NCBI GenBank assembly: GCA_002421785.1
Contig: DIRZ01000001.1
Span: 30,001-62,000 of the forward strand
Direction: 5' to 3'
Length of the DNA: 32,000 bases
Source: Candidatus Saccharimonadota bacterium
GTDB taxonomy: Bacteria; Patescibacteriota; Saccharimonadia; Saccharimonadales; Saccharimonadaceae
Shown here: one piece after another, positions 9,271-18,787 of the stretch
Layout: each line of letters starts with the position of its first letter
Numbering within the stretch: the first letter of the stretch is position 1
Position numbers and translations under genes: made by a program
The notes under the pieces: generated by a model
The model's input: the letters and a program-made list of their open reading frames with translations, nothing else
What the model was told of the DNA's origin: nothing
The model's database searches: none

Positions 9271-9303
9271 CCCGGGCGCAATGCGTCCGGGCTTTTCACA
9301 TTT
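9271..9303 (+). terminator. Rho-independent terminator
   Basis: 9-bp stem CCCGGGCGC/GCGTCCGGG (one G-U pair), loop AAT, then CTTTTCACATTT. Confidence 0.6.
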
Positions 9304-9304
9304 A

Positions 9305-9313
9305 TGAGATAAT
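9305..9313 (+). promoter_or_regulatory. Extended -10 element TGaGATAAT, 6 nt upstream of ATG 9320
   Basis: tTGaGATAATgtattaATG read directly. Confidence 0.4.
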
Positions 9314-9319
9314 GTATTA

Positions 9320-10267
9320 ATGAATTCATTTTGGCACAACCTACCGCGACCGTTCTTCGTCCTTGCTCCTATGGAAGCAGTTACGGACGTCGTGTTTCGT
9401 CATGTCGTGTCACAGGCAGCCCGCCCAGACGTATACTTTACTGAATTTACCAACGCAACTGGCTGGTTCCGTGCTGGCGACAAAGCCATCGGCGGCCGCC
9501 TGATTAAAACCGATGACGAAAACCCCATTGTAGCGCAGCTGTGGGGGAGCGATCCCGAAGCAATGGCCGCGCTCAGTCAGCACTGTGCGACGCTTGGCTA
9601 CGATGGGATTGATATCAACATGGGTTGCCCCGACCAGTCCGCCATCAAGGGCGGCGGGGGAGCGGGCATGATTCGTACTCCCGACGTCGCCCACCAAATG
9701 ATTGCTGCGGCAAAAACGAGCGGTCTGCCCGTGAGCGTCAAAACACGCCTGGGCTACACCTATGTCGACGAGTGGCAAGACTGGCTCCGCGGACTGCTCG
9801 AACAAGACATCGCAGTGCTTACAGTCCACCTGCGCACCAAAAAGGAAATGAGTAAAGTGCCTGCGCATTTTGAGCTGATTCCAAATATTATAAAGCTACG
9901 CGACGAAGTCGCACCGCAAACTCTGATTGTCATTAATGGTGACGTGCGCGACCGTGCACATGGCCAGGAATTTGCCGAAAAATATGGCGTCGATGGGGTT
10001 ATGATTGGCCGCGGCGTCTTCACAAACCCTTATGCATTTAGCGCCAACGCTATGCCGACACGTGAGTCACTGCTATCCCTATTGCACACACATCTCGACT
10101 ATTACGACACCTACGCACATCGTACAGGCAGGCCATTTGAAACGCTCAAGCGATTCTTTAAGATCTACGTTCGTGATTTCGAGTGCGCCAGCGAGCTCCG
10201 TGATACATTGATGCATTGCAACAGCACCGACGAGGTGCGAGTAGCCCTTGGCGCCCTAAAAATATAG
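9320..10267 (+). CDS. dus: tRNA-dihydrouridine synthase
   Basis: 'FVLAPMEAVTDVVFR', 'GIDINMGCP', 'LTVHLRT'; TIM-barrel flavoenzyme pattern of the Dus family. Confidence 0.9.
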   Translation: MNSFWHNLPRPFFVLAPMEAVTDVVFRHVVSQAARPDVYFTEFTNATGWFRAGDKAIGGRLIKTDDENPIVAQLWGSDPEAMAALSQHCATLGYDGIDINMGCPDQSAIKGGGGAGMIRTPDVAHQMIAAAKTSGLPVSVKTRLGYTYVDEWQDWLRGLLEQDIAVLTVHLRTKKEMSKVPAHFELIPNIIKLRDEVAPQTLIVINGDVRDRAHGQEFAEKYGVDGVMIGRGVFTNPYAFSANAMPTRESLLSLLHTHLDYYDTYAHRTGRPFETLKRFFKIYVRDFECASELRDTLMHCNSTDEVRVALGALKI

Positions 10268-10327
10268 TGTATAATTACTTTCGTAGACGTTCGCCCGGCG
10301 TACCGGAAGTCGAACGTTTCACTTCAG

Positions 10328-10371
10328 CCCCGGGTCTCTCTCATTGAGAGGGGCCCGGGGACATTTTTATT
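10328..10371 (+). terminator. GC-rich hairpin plus T-tract between convergent genes
   Basis: CCCCGGGtctctc-tcatt-gagaggGGCCCGGGG followed by ACATTTTTATT. The T-tract is on the plus strand only. Confidence 0.6.
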
Positions 10372-10418
10372 GCACACCGCGCTAGAGCCAATCCTTGCCA
10401 AAACTCAGTCGCGCGCGA

Positions 10419-11294
10419 CTACGTCGCCAGCGCAAAGTCCTGCTGTCCGACGCGTCGACGGGCATAGACAGGCAAGTCACCGTTCGTCAGCGTCGCTGCA
10501 ACCGCAAGTGTACGAATCAGGAAGTCGGCGTAAGCAGTCTGGGCGAGCTCAGTCCTATCGCCCTCGACGCCATTACTCTGAGCGATATTTGCGATCGCCT
10601 CGGCATACATACGACCACGCCAAACATCTACTACAAATGCCTGGACAGTCTCTTGTACACCCCCGTCCCGTATGAGTTCGTCAAAGGCAACCTGGTCGAA
10701 TGTGTCACCCTCGATATCGTTCAATACAATCACGTCTTCCTGGTGGCCGCCGGCCAGTTTTTTTATCACCGCGCCATCTTTAGTCATCAAATCCATCGTA
10801 TCCCTACCCGCAGCGTTGCTGAAGTAGACACCATCGTCCGCCAAGTCTTCGTATACAGCAAAGGCCCTACTAACAGCCGGAAGGGCTGCTTCATAGCTAG
10901 CACCGTACAACGCCTGGAGTGTCGTGGAAATCTGCGAACGGTAGCGGACGATATTGTTCGAGATGTCAGGATACTTATCAATCGCACCACAGCCGCATGC
11001 AGTACCTTCAGCATGCTCATCACAATGGCCACCATAGTCTAGTCCACGAGCGGATAGCTGCCCGGCAATAAACTCGCGGTCGCCGAGCAAGGTATTTCCA
11101 TCATGCGGAGCACCCGAGACTGCGCGCCACATACTCGAGGCGACGACCAGCCCGCCACCAAATACTTTGGCGCGTGGGTATGATTTATTGTAGTGAATCT
11201 CGTTACCTTCATCATCAACAACCCACGTGTCCACAGCAGGACGCCCGTCGCCGCATCCGTCATCAGCGATCTCTGAGCTTATTGTCACAAACAC
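10419..11294 (-). CDS. Hypothetical protein with conserved-looking Cys/His/Asp clusters (possible metal site)
   Basis: GTG start at 11294; 291 aa. Motifs: 'DGCGDGRP', 'KVFGGG', 'GGHCDEHAEGTACGCGAID'. It is longer and less biased in composition than the antisense ORF 10395-11042. Confidence 0.75.
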   Translation of the reverse strand: MFVTISSEIADDGCGDGRPAVDTWVVDDEGNEIHYNKSYPRAKVFGGGLVVASSMWRAVSGAPHDGNTLLGDREFIAGQLSARGLDYGGHCDEHAEGTACGCGAIDKYPDISNNIVRYRSQISTTLQALYGASYEAALPAVSRAFAVYEDLADDGVYFSNAAGRDTMDLMTKDGAVIKKLAGGHQEDVIVLNDIEGDTFDQVAFDELIRDGGVQETVQAFVVDVWRGRMYAEAIANIAQSNGVEGDRTELAQTAYADFLIRTLAVAATLTNGDLPVYARRRVGQQDFALAT

Positions 11295-11319
11295 ACTGTC
11301 TGCACGCGTTGTAATAATT

Positions 11320-11487
11320 TCATGGGCTATTGCGAGCCCCTTTCTCGGTCAGCTCGCCCGACTCTAGTTGTGCAGCAGTACTAATCTTGCCCTCACCGAA
11401 CCCAAGACCCTTTGGCGCTATAACGATAATTTCAGCGCTCACTGCTTCCTCCTCGTGTGTTTTAAGCAACTCTAAATTCTCTTGCAT
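11320..11487 (-). CDS. Possible small ORF (55 aa) in the gap downstream of atpC
   Basis: ATG 11487 to TGA 11320: MQENLELLKTHEEEAVSAEIIVIAPKGLGFGEGKISTAAQLESGELTEKGARNSP. No convincing SD or promoter spacing. Confidence 0.25.
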   Translation of the reverse strand: MQENLELLKTHEEEAVSAEIIVIAPKGLGFGEGKISTAAQLESGELTEKGARNSP

Positions 11488-11509
11488 AGTATATCCGTTT
11501 ATTCCTTAT

Positions 11510-11935
11510 CTACAGTCGTCGTTTACGTCGGTGCAAATCAGCAACCTTCAGCCGAACAGCATGTCGGTCAACTAACTGATGTGCTTTTTCGAGCTCAACT
11601 TGGTCGGTGGCGTTTTCTTGCAATTCTAGCGCCCGATCAAGCGCCGCTTGAGTCTCTGATTCCAAAATGTCTGCACCATGGTCTGCCTCATCCACAAGTA
11701 CCCGCACATGATTGTTGGCGATTTCAATAATACCGCCAGTAATGGCAAAGTATTCCAGCTGCCCATCACCATGGTTTTTGTCACGACGCACTGCGATCAC
11801 ACCGTTTGCCGCCACGCTTACAAGTGGCTCGTGGTCAGGAAATACCGATATCTCGCCATCAACTGTTGGCAGTATCACTTCGTATACCTTTTCGTTAATC
11901 TTACTCCCTGCAAGGGTGATTAGCTCAAAATTCAT
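11510..11935 (-). CDS. atpC: F1 ATP synthase epsilon subunit
   Basis: 'MNFELITLAGSKINEKVYEVILPTVDGEISVFPDHEPLVS' is a typical epsilon N-terminal beta-sandwich, followed by C-terminal helices. TGcTATAGT lies 8 nt before the ATG. Confidence 0.9.
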   Translation of the reverse strand: MNFELITLAGSKINEKVYEVILPTVDGEISVFPDHEPLVSVAANGVIAVRRDKNHGDGQLEYFAITGGIIEIANNHVRVLVDEADHGADILESETQAALDRALELQENATDQVELEKAHQLVDRHAVRLKVADLHRRKRRL

Positions 11936-11950
11936 ATACTGTTACTATAG

Positions 11951-11974
11951 CAAAAATCTCGCCTAATGGCGAGA
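11951..11974 (-). terminator. Rho-independent terminator of the 12044-12346 cassette
   Basis: On the minus strand: TCTCGCC-atta-GGCGAGA followed by TTTTTG. Confidence 0.6.
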
Positions 11975-12043
11975 GGGTGTAAGGGTGGCAGAGACCGGCG
12001 AATGCGGGTCCCTGCCGTACGTTGTGGCGGTGCGTGATCTGGG

Positions 12044-12346
12044 TTAAAGAACCTGCCACACGATGTGGAAGTAGGCCATCAGACCGAGAACTCCCAGAAC
12101 GATGGCCAGGATCGACACCAGGGCCGATCGAGCGAACAGTAGCACCGCGACGACCGCGGAGGCGATGAGCACAGCTCCGACACCTCTCAGGTCCCAGATC
12201 GCCCAAACAAGCGCTATGAGCAGGACATAGCCAGCGATGTAGGCGACGATCTCCCAGAATTCATCTCGGTCGCCATGCTGCTTGTGAAGTTCGCTGAGCT
12301 GAGCGTCAACATCACTTTCGCGGTGATTGCGAACGTGATTTCGCAT
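12044..12346 (-). CDS. Small membrane protein (100 aa) inserted between atpD and atpC
   Basis: AAGGAAGGAAG SD, then ATG 12346. Charged N-terminus (MRNHVRNHRESDVDAQLSELHKQHGDRDEF) followed by about three hydrophobic helices. Confidence 0.7.
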   Translation of the reverse strand: MRNHVRNHRESDVDAQLSELHKQHGDRDEFWEIVAYIAGYVLLIALVWAIWDLRGVGAVLIASAVVAVLLFARSALVSILAIVLGVLGLMAYFHIVWQVL

Positions 12347-12408
12347 GATTCACTTCCTTCCTTTAAATGAGGTGCGAGCACGCATGGGTAAGCGCGCTTT
12401 CTATATAT

Positions 12409-12417
12409 ATTATATCA
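12409..12417 (-). promoter_or_regulatory. Extended -10 element TGaTATAAT for the 12044-12346 cassette
   Basis: Minus strand agTGaTATAATatatatag, immediately after the atpD terminator. Confidence 0.45.
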
Positions 12418-12423
12418 CTAAAT

Positions 12424-12452
12424 AAATAGTCCGTCAATGCCACGGACTATTT
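12424..12452 (-). terminator. Hairpin terminator directly after atpD
   Basis: Perfect 11-bp stem AAATAGTCCGT/ACGGACTATTT with a 7-nt loop. The minus-strand tail is ATTTAGTG (the U-run lies partly within the stem). Confidence 0.6.
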
Positions 12453-12473
12453 ACAACAAGTGAAGAAAAGAGG

Positions 12474-14043
<1,570 letters not shown>

Positions 14044-14044
14044 A

Positions 14045-14911
14045 TTATTTCAACGCCTCCACGCCAGCGCTGATTTCACTCAACTCCTGAGTAATCGCGC
14101 CTTGCCTCGCTTTATTCATTACCAACGTAAGGTCCTCGACTAAATCGGTTGCGTTGTCCGTAGCGTTCTTCATGGCGAGCATGCGCATACTGTGCTCGCT
14201 CGCGCGCGCGTCCAGTAGCGCCTGGAACAACTGAGCACCGACAAGCCGGTAGGCGGCATCGTCCAGAACGCGCTGTACATTCGGCTCGAATAGTGAATCT
14301 TTCACAAATTCGCTCGCCTCTACGGCTTCATACCCAGCGGGGAAGAGTCGCGTGACGGCAGAAACCTGCGTAATACTGGTTACAAACCGTGTATGCACTA
14401 CGTCAACGGCGTCCACTTCACGAGATTCAAAAGCATCTTTTGCACTGTTTAAAATTGCATGGAACTCCGACCCTTCAGGATAGTCTGAAAGGTCTTCGTA
14501 CACGCCCATCACCTGAGTATCCTTCAATCGCGACACAAATGCCGAAGCTTTACGCCCCACGGCTATCGTCTTATTCGAAACGCCCTGCTTGTCATCTTTC
14601 CGCAACAATCCCACATATTCTTTCAGGACGTTTGCGTTATAGGCTCCAGCAAGCCCCTTGTCGCTTGCAATGACGATGATAAGTCGGCTCTTTATGGGGC
14701 GAACGTCGAACCATTTATGGCCATCCGTCGCGCCTTGGCTCGCAAGGTAGCTCAGCAACTCATTAGCTGCCCTGGCATACGGCGCAGAGCCTTTTGTTGC
14801 ATCCTGGGCACGGCGCATTTTGCTTGCCGCGACCATTTGCATCGCCTTCGTAATCTGCTTGGTACTTTTAACCGAGCGGATACGTGATTTTAATTGCTGA
14901 GTCGAGGCCAT
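14045..14911 (-). CDS. atpG: F1 ATP synthase gamma subunit
   Basis: 'LKSRIRSVKSTKQITKAMQMVAASKMRRAQ' N-terminus and 'ITQELSEI' C-terminus. The start overlaps the atpA stop (TAATG). Confidence 0.95.
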   Translation of the reverse strand: MASTQQLKSRIRSVKSTKQITKAMQMVAASKMRRAQDATKGSAPYARAANELLSYLASQGATDGHKWFDVRPIKSRLIIVIASDKGLAGAYNANVLKEYVGLLRKDDKQGVSNKTIAVGRKASAFVSRLKDTQVMGVYEDLSDYPEGSEFHAILNSAKDAFESREVDAVDVVHTRFVTSITQVSAVTRLFPAGYEAVEASEFVKDSLFEPNVQRVLDDAAYRLVGAQLFQALLDARASEHSMRMLAMKNATDNATDLVEDLTLVMNKARQGAITQELSEISAGVEALK

Positions 14912-16446
14912 TAGCCTTCAAACCCCTTCGCGACAGATTTTGCGACTTTTTCAATAAGCTTGCCAGCATCACTGCCGCTTTCCAGCTTTTCAGCGCCCTT
15001 GGTCAGCTCTTGCATGTCTTTCTTGTGATCGGTCCACAAACGAGTCAACAATGCACGCTGGGCGTCCTTGATTCTGCTCGCAGGAATTTCATCAAACAAG
15101 CCCTCGCTCACAGCGAAGATACTTGCAGCCTGCTCCCACACGCTCATGGGCTGATACTGAGCTTGCTTGAGTAGCTCTGTCAACCGTTGTCCACGTTCAA
15201 TCTGGCTCTTTGTCGCTTCATCAAGGTCGCTACCGAACTGCGCAAAACTTGCGAGTTCGCGGAACTGGCTCAGGCCGAGTTTTAGGTGACCACTAACGCT
15301 TTTTACCGTCTTGGTCTGGGCGTCACCACCCACGCGGCTTACTGACAGTCCGGCACTAATAGCTGGTCGGATACCCTGGTAGAACAAATCTGTTTCCATA
15401 AAAATCTGGCCATCGGTGATTGAAATCACGTTGGTTGGAATATATGCGCTAATGTCACCAGCCTGCGTCTCAATAATAGGCAACGCCGTAAGACTTCCGG
15501 CACCCAGCTCATCGCTCAGCTTGCTTGAGCGTTCGAGCAGGCGTGAGTGAAGGTAAAACACGTCACCAGGAAACGCTTCGCGGCCCGGTGGGCGGCGCAA
15601 GAGCAGGGACATCTGGCGATATGCAACAGCGTGCTTCGTTAGGTCATCATAAATCATCAATGCGTGCTGTGCGTTGTCGCGGAAATATTCGCCCATCGCG
15701 GTACCTGCATAGGGAGCGAGATAGAGCAGGGAAGCAGGGTCAGACGGACCCGTAGCAACCACGATAGTCTGATCCATCACACCTTCTTCGCGGAGGCGCT
15801 CCACGAGGCGTGCAACTTTACTGAGTTTCTGACCAATCGCAACATACACGTTTACGACACCAGTTTTTTGCTTTGCCTGGTTAATCATCGTATCGATGGC
15901 AATAGCAGTCTTGCCAGTCTGACGATCACCGATAATCAGCTCACGTTGGCCGCGACCAATAGGGAACATGGCGTCGATAGCCATAATACCGGTCATCATT
16001 GGCTCGTGCACGTGCTTTCGCCCTAGAACGCCAACCGCTTCACGCTCAACAAGACCGCGAGCCTTCGCGTTAATCGCAGGACCGCCATCAAGTGGCTCGC
16101 CAAGTGGACTCACCACGCGACCCAAGAGCTCTGGCCCAACCGGAACAGATAATACCTCACCCTTTAGTTTCACGCTGTCACCAGCAGAAACGCCCTGATC
16201 ACTGCCAAGTAGCACTGCGCCGATTTCATCTTCCATCAGGTTGAGAGCAAACGCCTCTACGATTCCTGACTTTGTCTCAATTTCAAGCACCTCGCTATAA
16301 CCTGCATCGGTGAGCCCATGCACCCATGCTACACCGTCACCCACGCGGGTCACGATACCGACAGATTCAAGCTTTTCGCTCATATCTAGTTTGGCAATCG
16401 CATCACGCAGGCCTTTTGATAGTTCTGTAACTGCTATATCAGCCAT
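14911..16446 (-). CDS. atpA: F1 ATP synthase alpha subunit
   Basis: 'GDRQTGKT' Walker A. ATG 16446 is preceded by AAAGGA and a 6-nt spacer; the track start 16449 is a TTG. Confidence 0.95.
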   Translation of the reverse strand: MADIAVTELSKGLRDAIAKLDMSEKLESVGIVTRVGDGVAWVHGLTDAGYSEVLEIETKSGIVEAFALNLMEDEIGAVLLGSDQGVSAGDSVKLKGEVLSVPVGPELLGRVVSPLGEPLDGGPAINAKARGLVEREAVGVLGRKHVHEPMMTGIMAIDAMFPIGRGQRELIIGDRQTGKTAIAIDTMINQAKQKTGVVNVYVAIGQKLSKVARLVERLREEGVMDQTIVVATGPSDPASLLYLAPYAGTAMGEYFRDNAQHALMIYDDLTKHAVAYRQMSLLLRRPPGREAFPGDVFYLHSRLLERSSKLSDELGAGSLTALPIIETQAGDISAYIPTNVISITDGQIFMETDLFYQGIRPAISAGLSVSRVGGDAQTKTVKSVSGHLKLGLSQFRELASFAQFGSDLDEATKSQIERGQRLTELLKQAQYQPMSVWEQAASIFAVSEGLFDEIPASRIKDAQRALLTRLWTDHKKDMQELTKGAEKLESGSDAGKLIEKVAKSVAKGFEG

Positions 16447-16458
16447 CAATCGTCCTTT

Positions 16459-16842
16459 CTATTGCTTTGCCCGGCGCAGGGCCAGGATTTTACGTTGTAA
16501 TGTTGCATCAAGTTTCGCCCCTGGCGTCTCGAGGCGTACGCCGCCAAGTACGTCGGGGTTGACGACCTCACGCAGGTGCACATTAGGTGCACCAATGAGC
16601 TTTTTTACTTCAGCGCGCTGCTCTGCGTCGAGCGGATGGGCCGTCGTAACATTCGCCACCACGTCGCCAGCCCGAGCCAACGCATCTTCGATGGACCGCA
16701 CGACGAGTGTTTGTTCGCGCACGCGACCACTTTCGAGCAAATATGCAGCCACCTCGTCCAAAACGCTCGCGACAGAGTCGCCTGCCGTTATCCGGCTTGC
16801 GGCATATTCCGCAATTTTGCGCCGAGGTATTTTACGCTGCAT
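16459..16842 (-). CDS. atpH: ATP synthase delta (OSCP) subunit, unusually short (127 aa)
   Basis: Operon position between atpF and atpA. The C-terminal part 'VVNPDVLGGVRLETPGAKLDATLQRKILAL' matches the delta consensus. Confidence 0.8.
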   Translation of the reverse strand: MQRKIPRRKIAEYAASRITAGDSVASVLDEVAAYLLESGRVREQTLVVRSIEDALARAGDVVANVTTAHPLDAEQRAEVKKLIGAPNVHLREVVNPDVLGGVRLETPGAKLDATLQRKILALRRAKQ

Positions 16843-16845
16843 AAA

Positions 16846-17388
16846 CTAGGCGTCTCCAAGCGCAGCTTTTATGACACTGTTGTCGACATTTGCATTCACC
16901 GTTTTGCCGACAACTTTTTCGGTCGCCTGCGCAACAAGCTCAATCGTCTCGTTATGCAGTGCTTTTTTGGCGGCGAGCACTTCTTTGGCGATTGAATCTT
17001 GCGCCTGCGCAACAATATTCTCCGCCTGCTGCTTGCTCTTAGCTTCTGCATCGGTCAGCATCGCACCAGCTTCGCTTTTGGCGGTTGCCACGATTTCACG
17101 CGCTTCACTACGCGCCTGAGCCAAAAGCTTATCAACTTTTTCTTGGCTTTCGGTGGCGCGCTTGCTCGCTTCTACGGCAGCACGCGTGCTTTCTTCAATC
17201 TGCGCCTCGCGCTTGTCGAGCATTGCGACAAGTGGCGGATACACGAACTTCTTGAGAAACCACAGCAGCACCAAAAATGCTATCGTCTGTAGTACCAACA
17301 GTTTCCAGTCGATGCCTATCGACGAAAACATGTCAGCTTTTTCGACTGCCACTTCGCTACTCGCAAATTGTGTTAATAAATCATTCAC
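16846..17388 (-). CDS. atpF: Fo ATP synthase b subunit
   Basis: GTG start; one N-terminal TM helix (LLVLQTIAFLVLLWFL), then a long Ala/Glu/Lys-rich helix. Operon position supports the call. Confidence 0.85.
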   Translation of the reverse strand: MNDLLTQFASSEVAVEKADMFSSIGIDWKLLVLQTIAFLVLLWFLKKFVYPPLVAMLDKREAQIEESTRAAVEASKRATESQEKVDKLLAQARSEAREIVATAKSEAGAMLTDAEAKSKQQAENIVAQAQDSIAKEVLAAKKALHNETIELVAQATEKVVGKTVNANVDNSVIKAALGDA

Positions 17389-17402
17389 TGAGTATCTCTA
17401 CC

Positions 17403-17615
17403 TTACATAACCTTGCCGACAATAGCGACGATAAAACCAATGATCGCCAGGGCGTCGATAAACGAAATACCCAAAATCATCATTGTTCGTAGGTCGTTCA
17501 TCTTCTCTGGGTTACGGCCAGCTGCGTTCATTGCTGCCATACCGACCATACCGGCACCGATTGCAGCAAAAGATGCTGGTAGTGCATAAGCAAGTGTAAA
17601 TGCGATTGATTCCAT
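17403..17615 (-). CDS. atpE: Fo ATP synthase c subunit
   Basis: 70-aa helical hairpin, loop 'GRNPE', carboxylate in helix 2 'SFIDALAI'. Strong SD AAAGGAGAA. Confidence 0.9.
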   Translation of the reverse strand: MESIAFTLAYALPASFAAIGAGMVGMAAMNAAGRNPEKMNDLRTMMILGISFIDALAIIGFIVAIVGKVM

Positions 17616-17631
17616 ATTGATTCTCCTTTTA

Positions 17632-18489
17632 TTAACTAACTAATTCTTCACCCCTCAACCGAGCCCTGGGCGCGTCAGATGAAGAATGTTCGAGTATGGG
17701 GGTGTGTGCGTGGTCTTCGTCACTGCCGTGATGTTCCATGCCCAGCGATATAAACACAGTCGAAAGCATGAAGAAGATATATGCCTGGATTCCACCGATA
17801 AATAGCTCGAACAAATAAAACGGCTGCAGCGCGAGCGGGGAAATAAACTGCGTAAGGTAGGCGATCATAATAAGCAGCACCTCGCCCGCTAAAACGTTGC
17901 CGAACAAACGGAAGCTAAGCCCAAGCAGACGCGAAAGCTCGGCGATGAGCTCGAGGATGCCCACAAACGTCATGATGGGATCTTTTAGTGGACTTACGAA
18001 GTAGCGCCCCATATTACCCTTGAAGCCAAGGTAGCGGAAGGCGTACACCTGCGCTGACACGATTGTCACAATCGCGAGCGCGAACGTCATGTTGAGGTCG
18101 GCCACCATACCGCGGAAGAGCGGAGTGCCGTCATGCAGCGTAATTGGACCAACGAAGGGGAGTAATCCCATGTAGTACTGCGAGATGACGAAGAAAAAGA
18201 TCGTAATCGTTAGCGGCGCGACGCGGCGAGCCCAAGCGGCTTCAGGAATAATCTGATGAACCGTGCCATAGAGGCCCTCGAACACCCACACGACCAGTCG
18301 CGTCAAGAAGTTATGAGCTTTTTTGCCCTGCACGGCTTGCTTAGTACGTAGCAATGCCCACACCATAACGATAAATCCCAGTAGTCCAAGCAGGTGGGAA
18401 TTGGTTATGCTAATACCACCAACCAAAAAAATCTCCTGCGCTTTGACAGAAATGTGGGGGCCAGCCGCTGCAAACGACTGAAGCATCAT
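17632..18489 (-). CDS. atpB: Fo ATP synthase a subunit with His/acid-rich C-terminal tail
   Basis: 'LSFRLFGNVLAGEVLL' contains the essential Arg motif. ATGA overlap with the upstream ORF. Confidence 0.9.
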   Translation of the reverse strand: MMLQSFAAAGPHISVKAQEIFLVGGISITNSHLLGLLGFIVMVWALLRTKQAVQGKKAHNFLTRLVVWVFEGLYGTVHQIIPEAAWARRVAPLTITIFFFVISQYYMGLLPFVGPITLHDGTPLFRGMVADLNMTFALAIVTIVSAQVYAFRYLGFKGNMGRYFVSPLKDPIMTFVGILELIAELSRLLGLSFRLFGNVLAGEVLLIMIAYLTQFISPLALQPFYLFELFIGGIQAYIFFMLSTVFISLGMEHHGSDEDHAHTPILEHSSSDAPRARLRGEELVS

Positions 18490-18749
18490 TTAGCACTTCC
18501 TTTGAGTCGAGCGATTTGTCGGGACACCAACAGGTAAGCGCTCGCCGCTCCAATGATAATACCAGCCACCATCAGCCATGGTTTCGTATTCCACTCAGCG
18601 TCAGCCCACACCCCAAGGAGCGTGAACCCAACCGATGGCACGAACATTCGCCACGTGGTGTCTGCAATCGTTACAACAAAAGCTAGCGGCAACATGTCCC
18701 CAGAATTCCCGGTACTTGATCGAGTCTCGCTTTTTGGAACTTTACCCAT
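18486..18749 (-). CDS. Small two-TM protein at the head of the atp operon (AtpZ/AtpI-like)
   Basis: Position immediately upstream of atpB; two hydrophobic helices. ATG 18749 is 9 nt after TGaTATAAT; the track start 18755 is a GTG. Confidence 0.7.
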   Translation of the reverse strand: MGKVPKSETRSSTGNSGDMLPLAFVVTIADTTWRMFVPSVGFTLLGVWADAEWNTKPWLMVAGIIIGAASAYLLVSRQIARLKGSAK

Positions 18750-18758
18750 GTACACTGT

Positions 18759-18767
18759 ATTATATCA
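18759..18767 (-). promoter_or_regulatory. atp operon promoter, extended -10 element TGaTATAAT
   Basis: Minus strand ctccTGaTATAATacagtgtacATG. Confidence 0.5.
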
Positions 18768-18787
18768 GGAGAAAGGCAGAATTACCA

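Noticed and set aside
8894-9339. Minus-strand ORFs of 125 and 89 aa in the helicase-dus gap
   Set aside because: They have Gly/Ala/Pro/Arg-rich shadow composition in a GC-rich stretch. The plus strand has SD, ATG and terminator logic for the 51-aa ORF.
10290-10318. CCGGAAG-containing hairpin as an SRP (4.5S) RNA domain IV
   Set aside because: Only the short string resembles the SRP tetraloop region. The flanking symmetric and asymmetric loop motifs and the overall helix length are not present.
10395-11042. 215-aa plus-strand ORF overlapping the 291-aa minus-strand gene
   Set aside because: It is shorter, has an Arg/Ser-rich low-complexity N-terminus, and has no start context. The minus-strand ORF fills the gene slot between the terminator and the atpC region.
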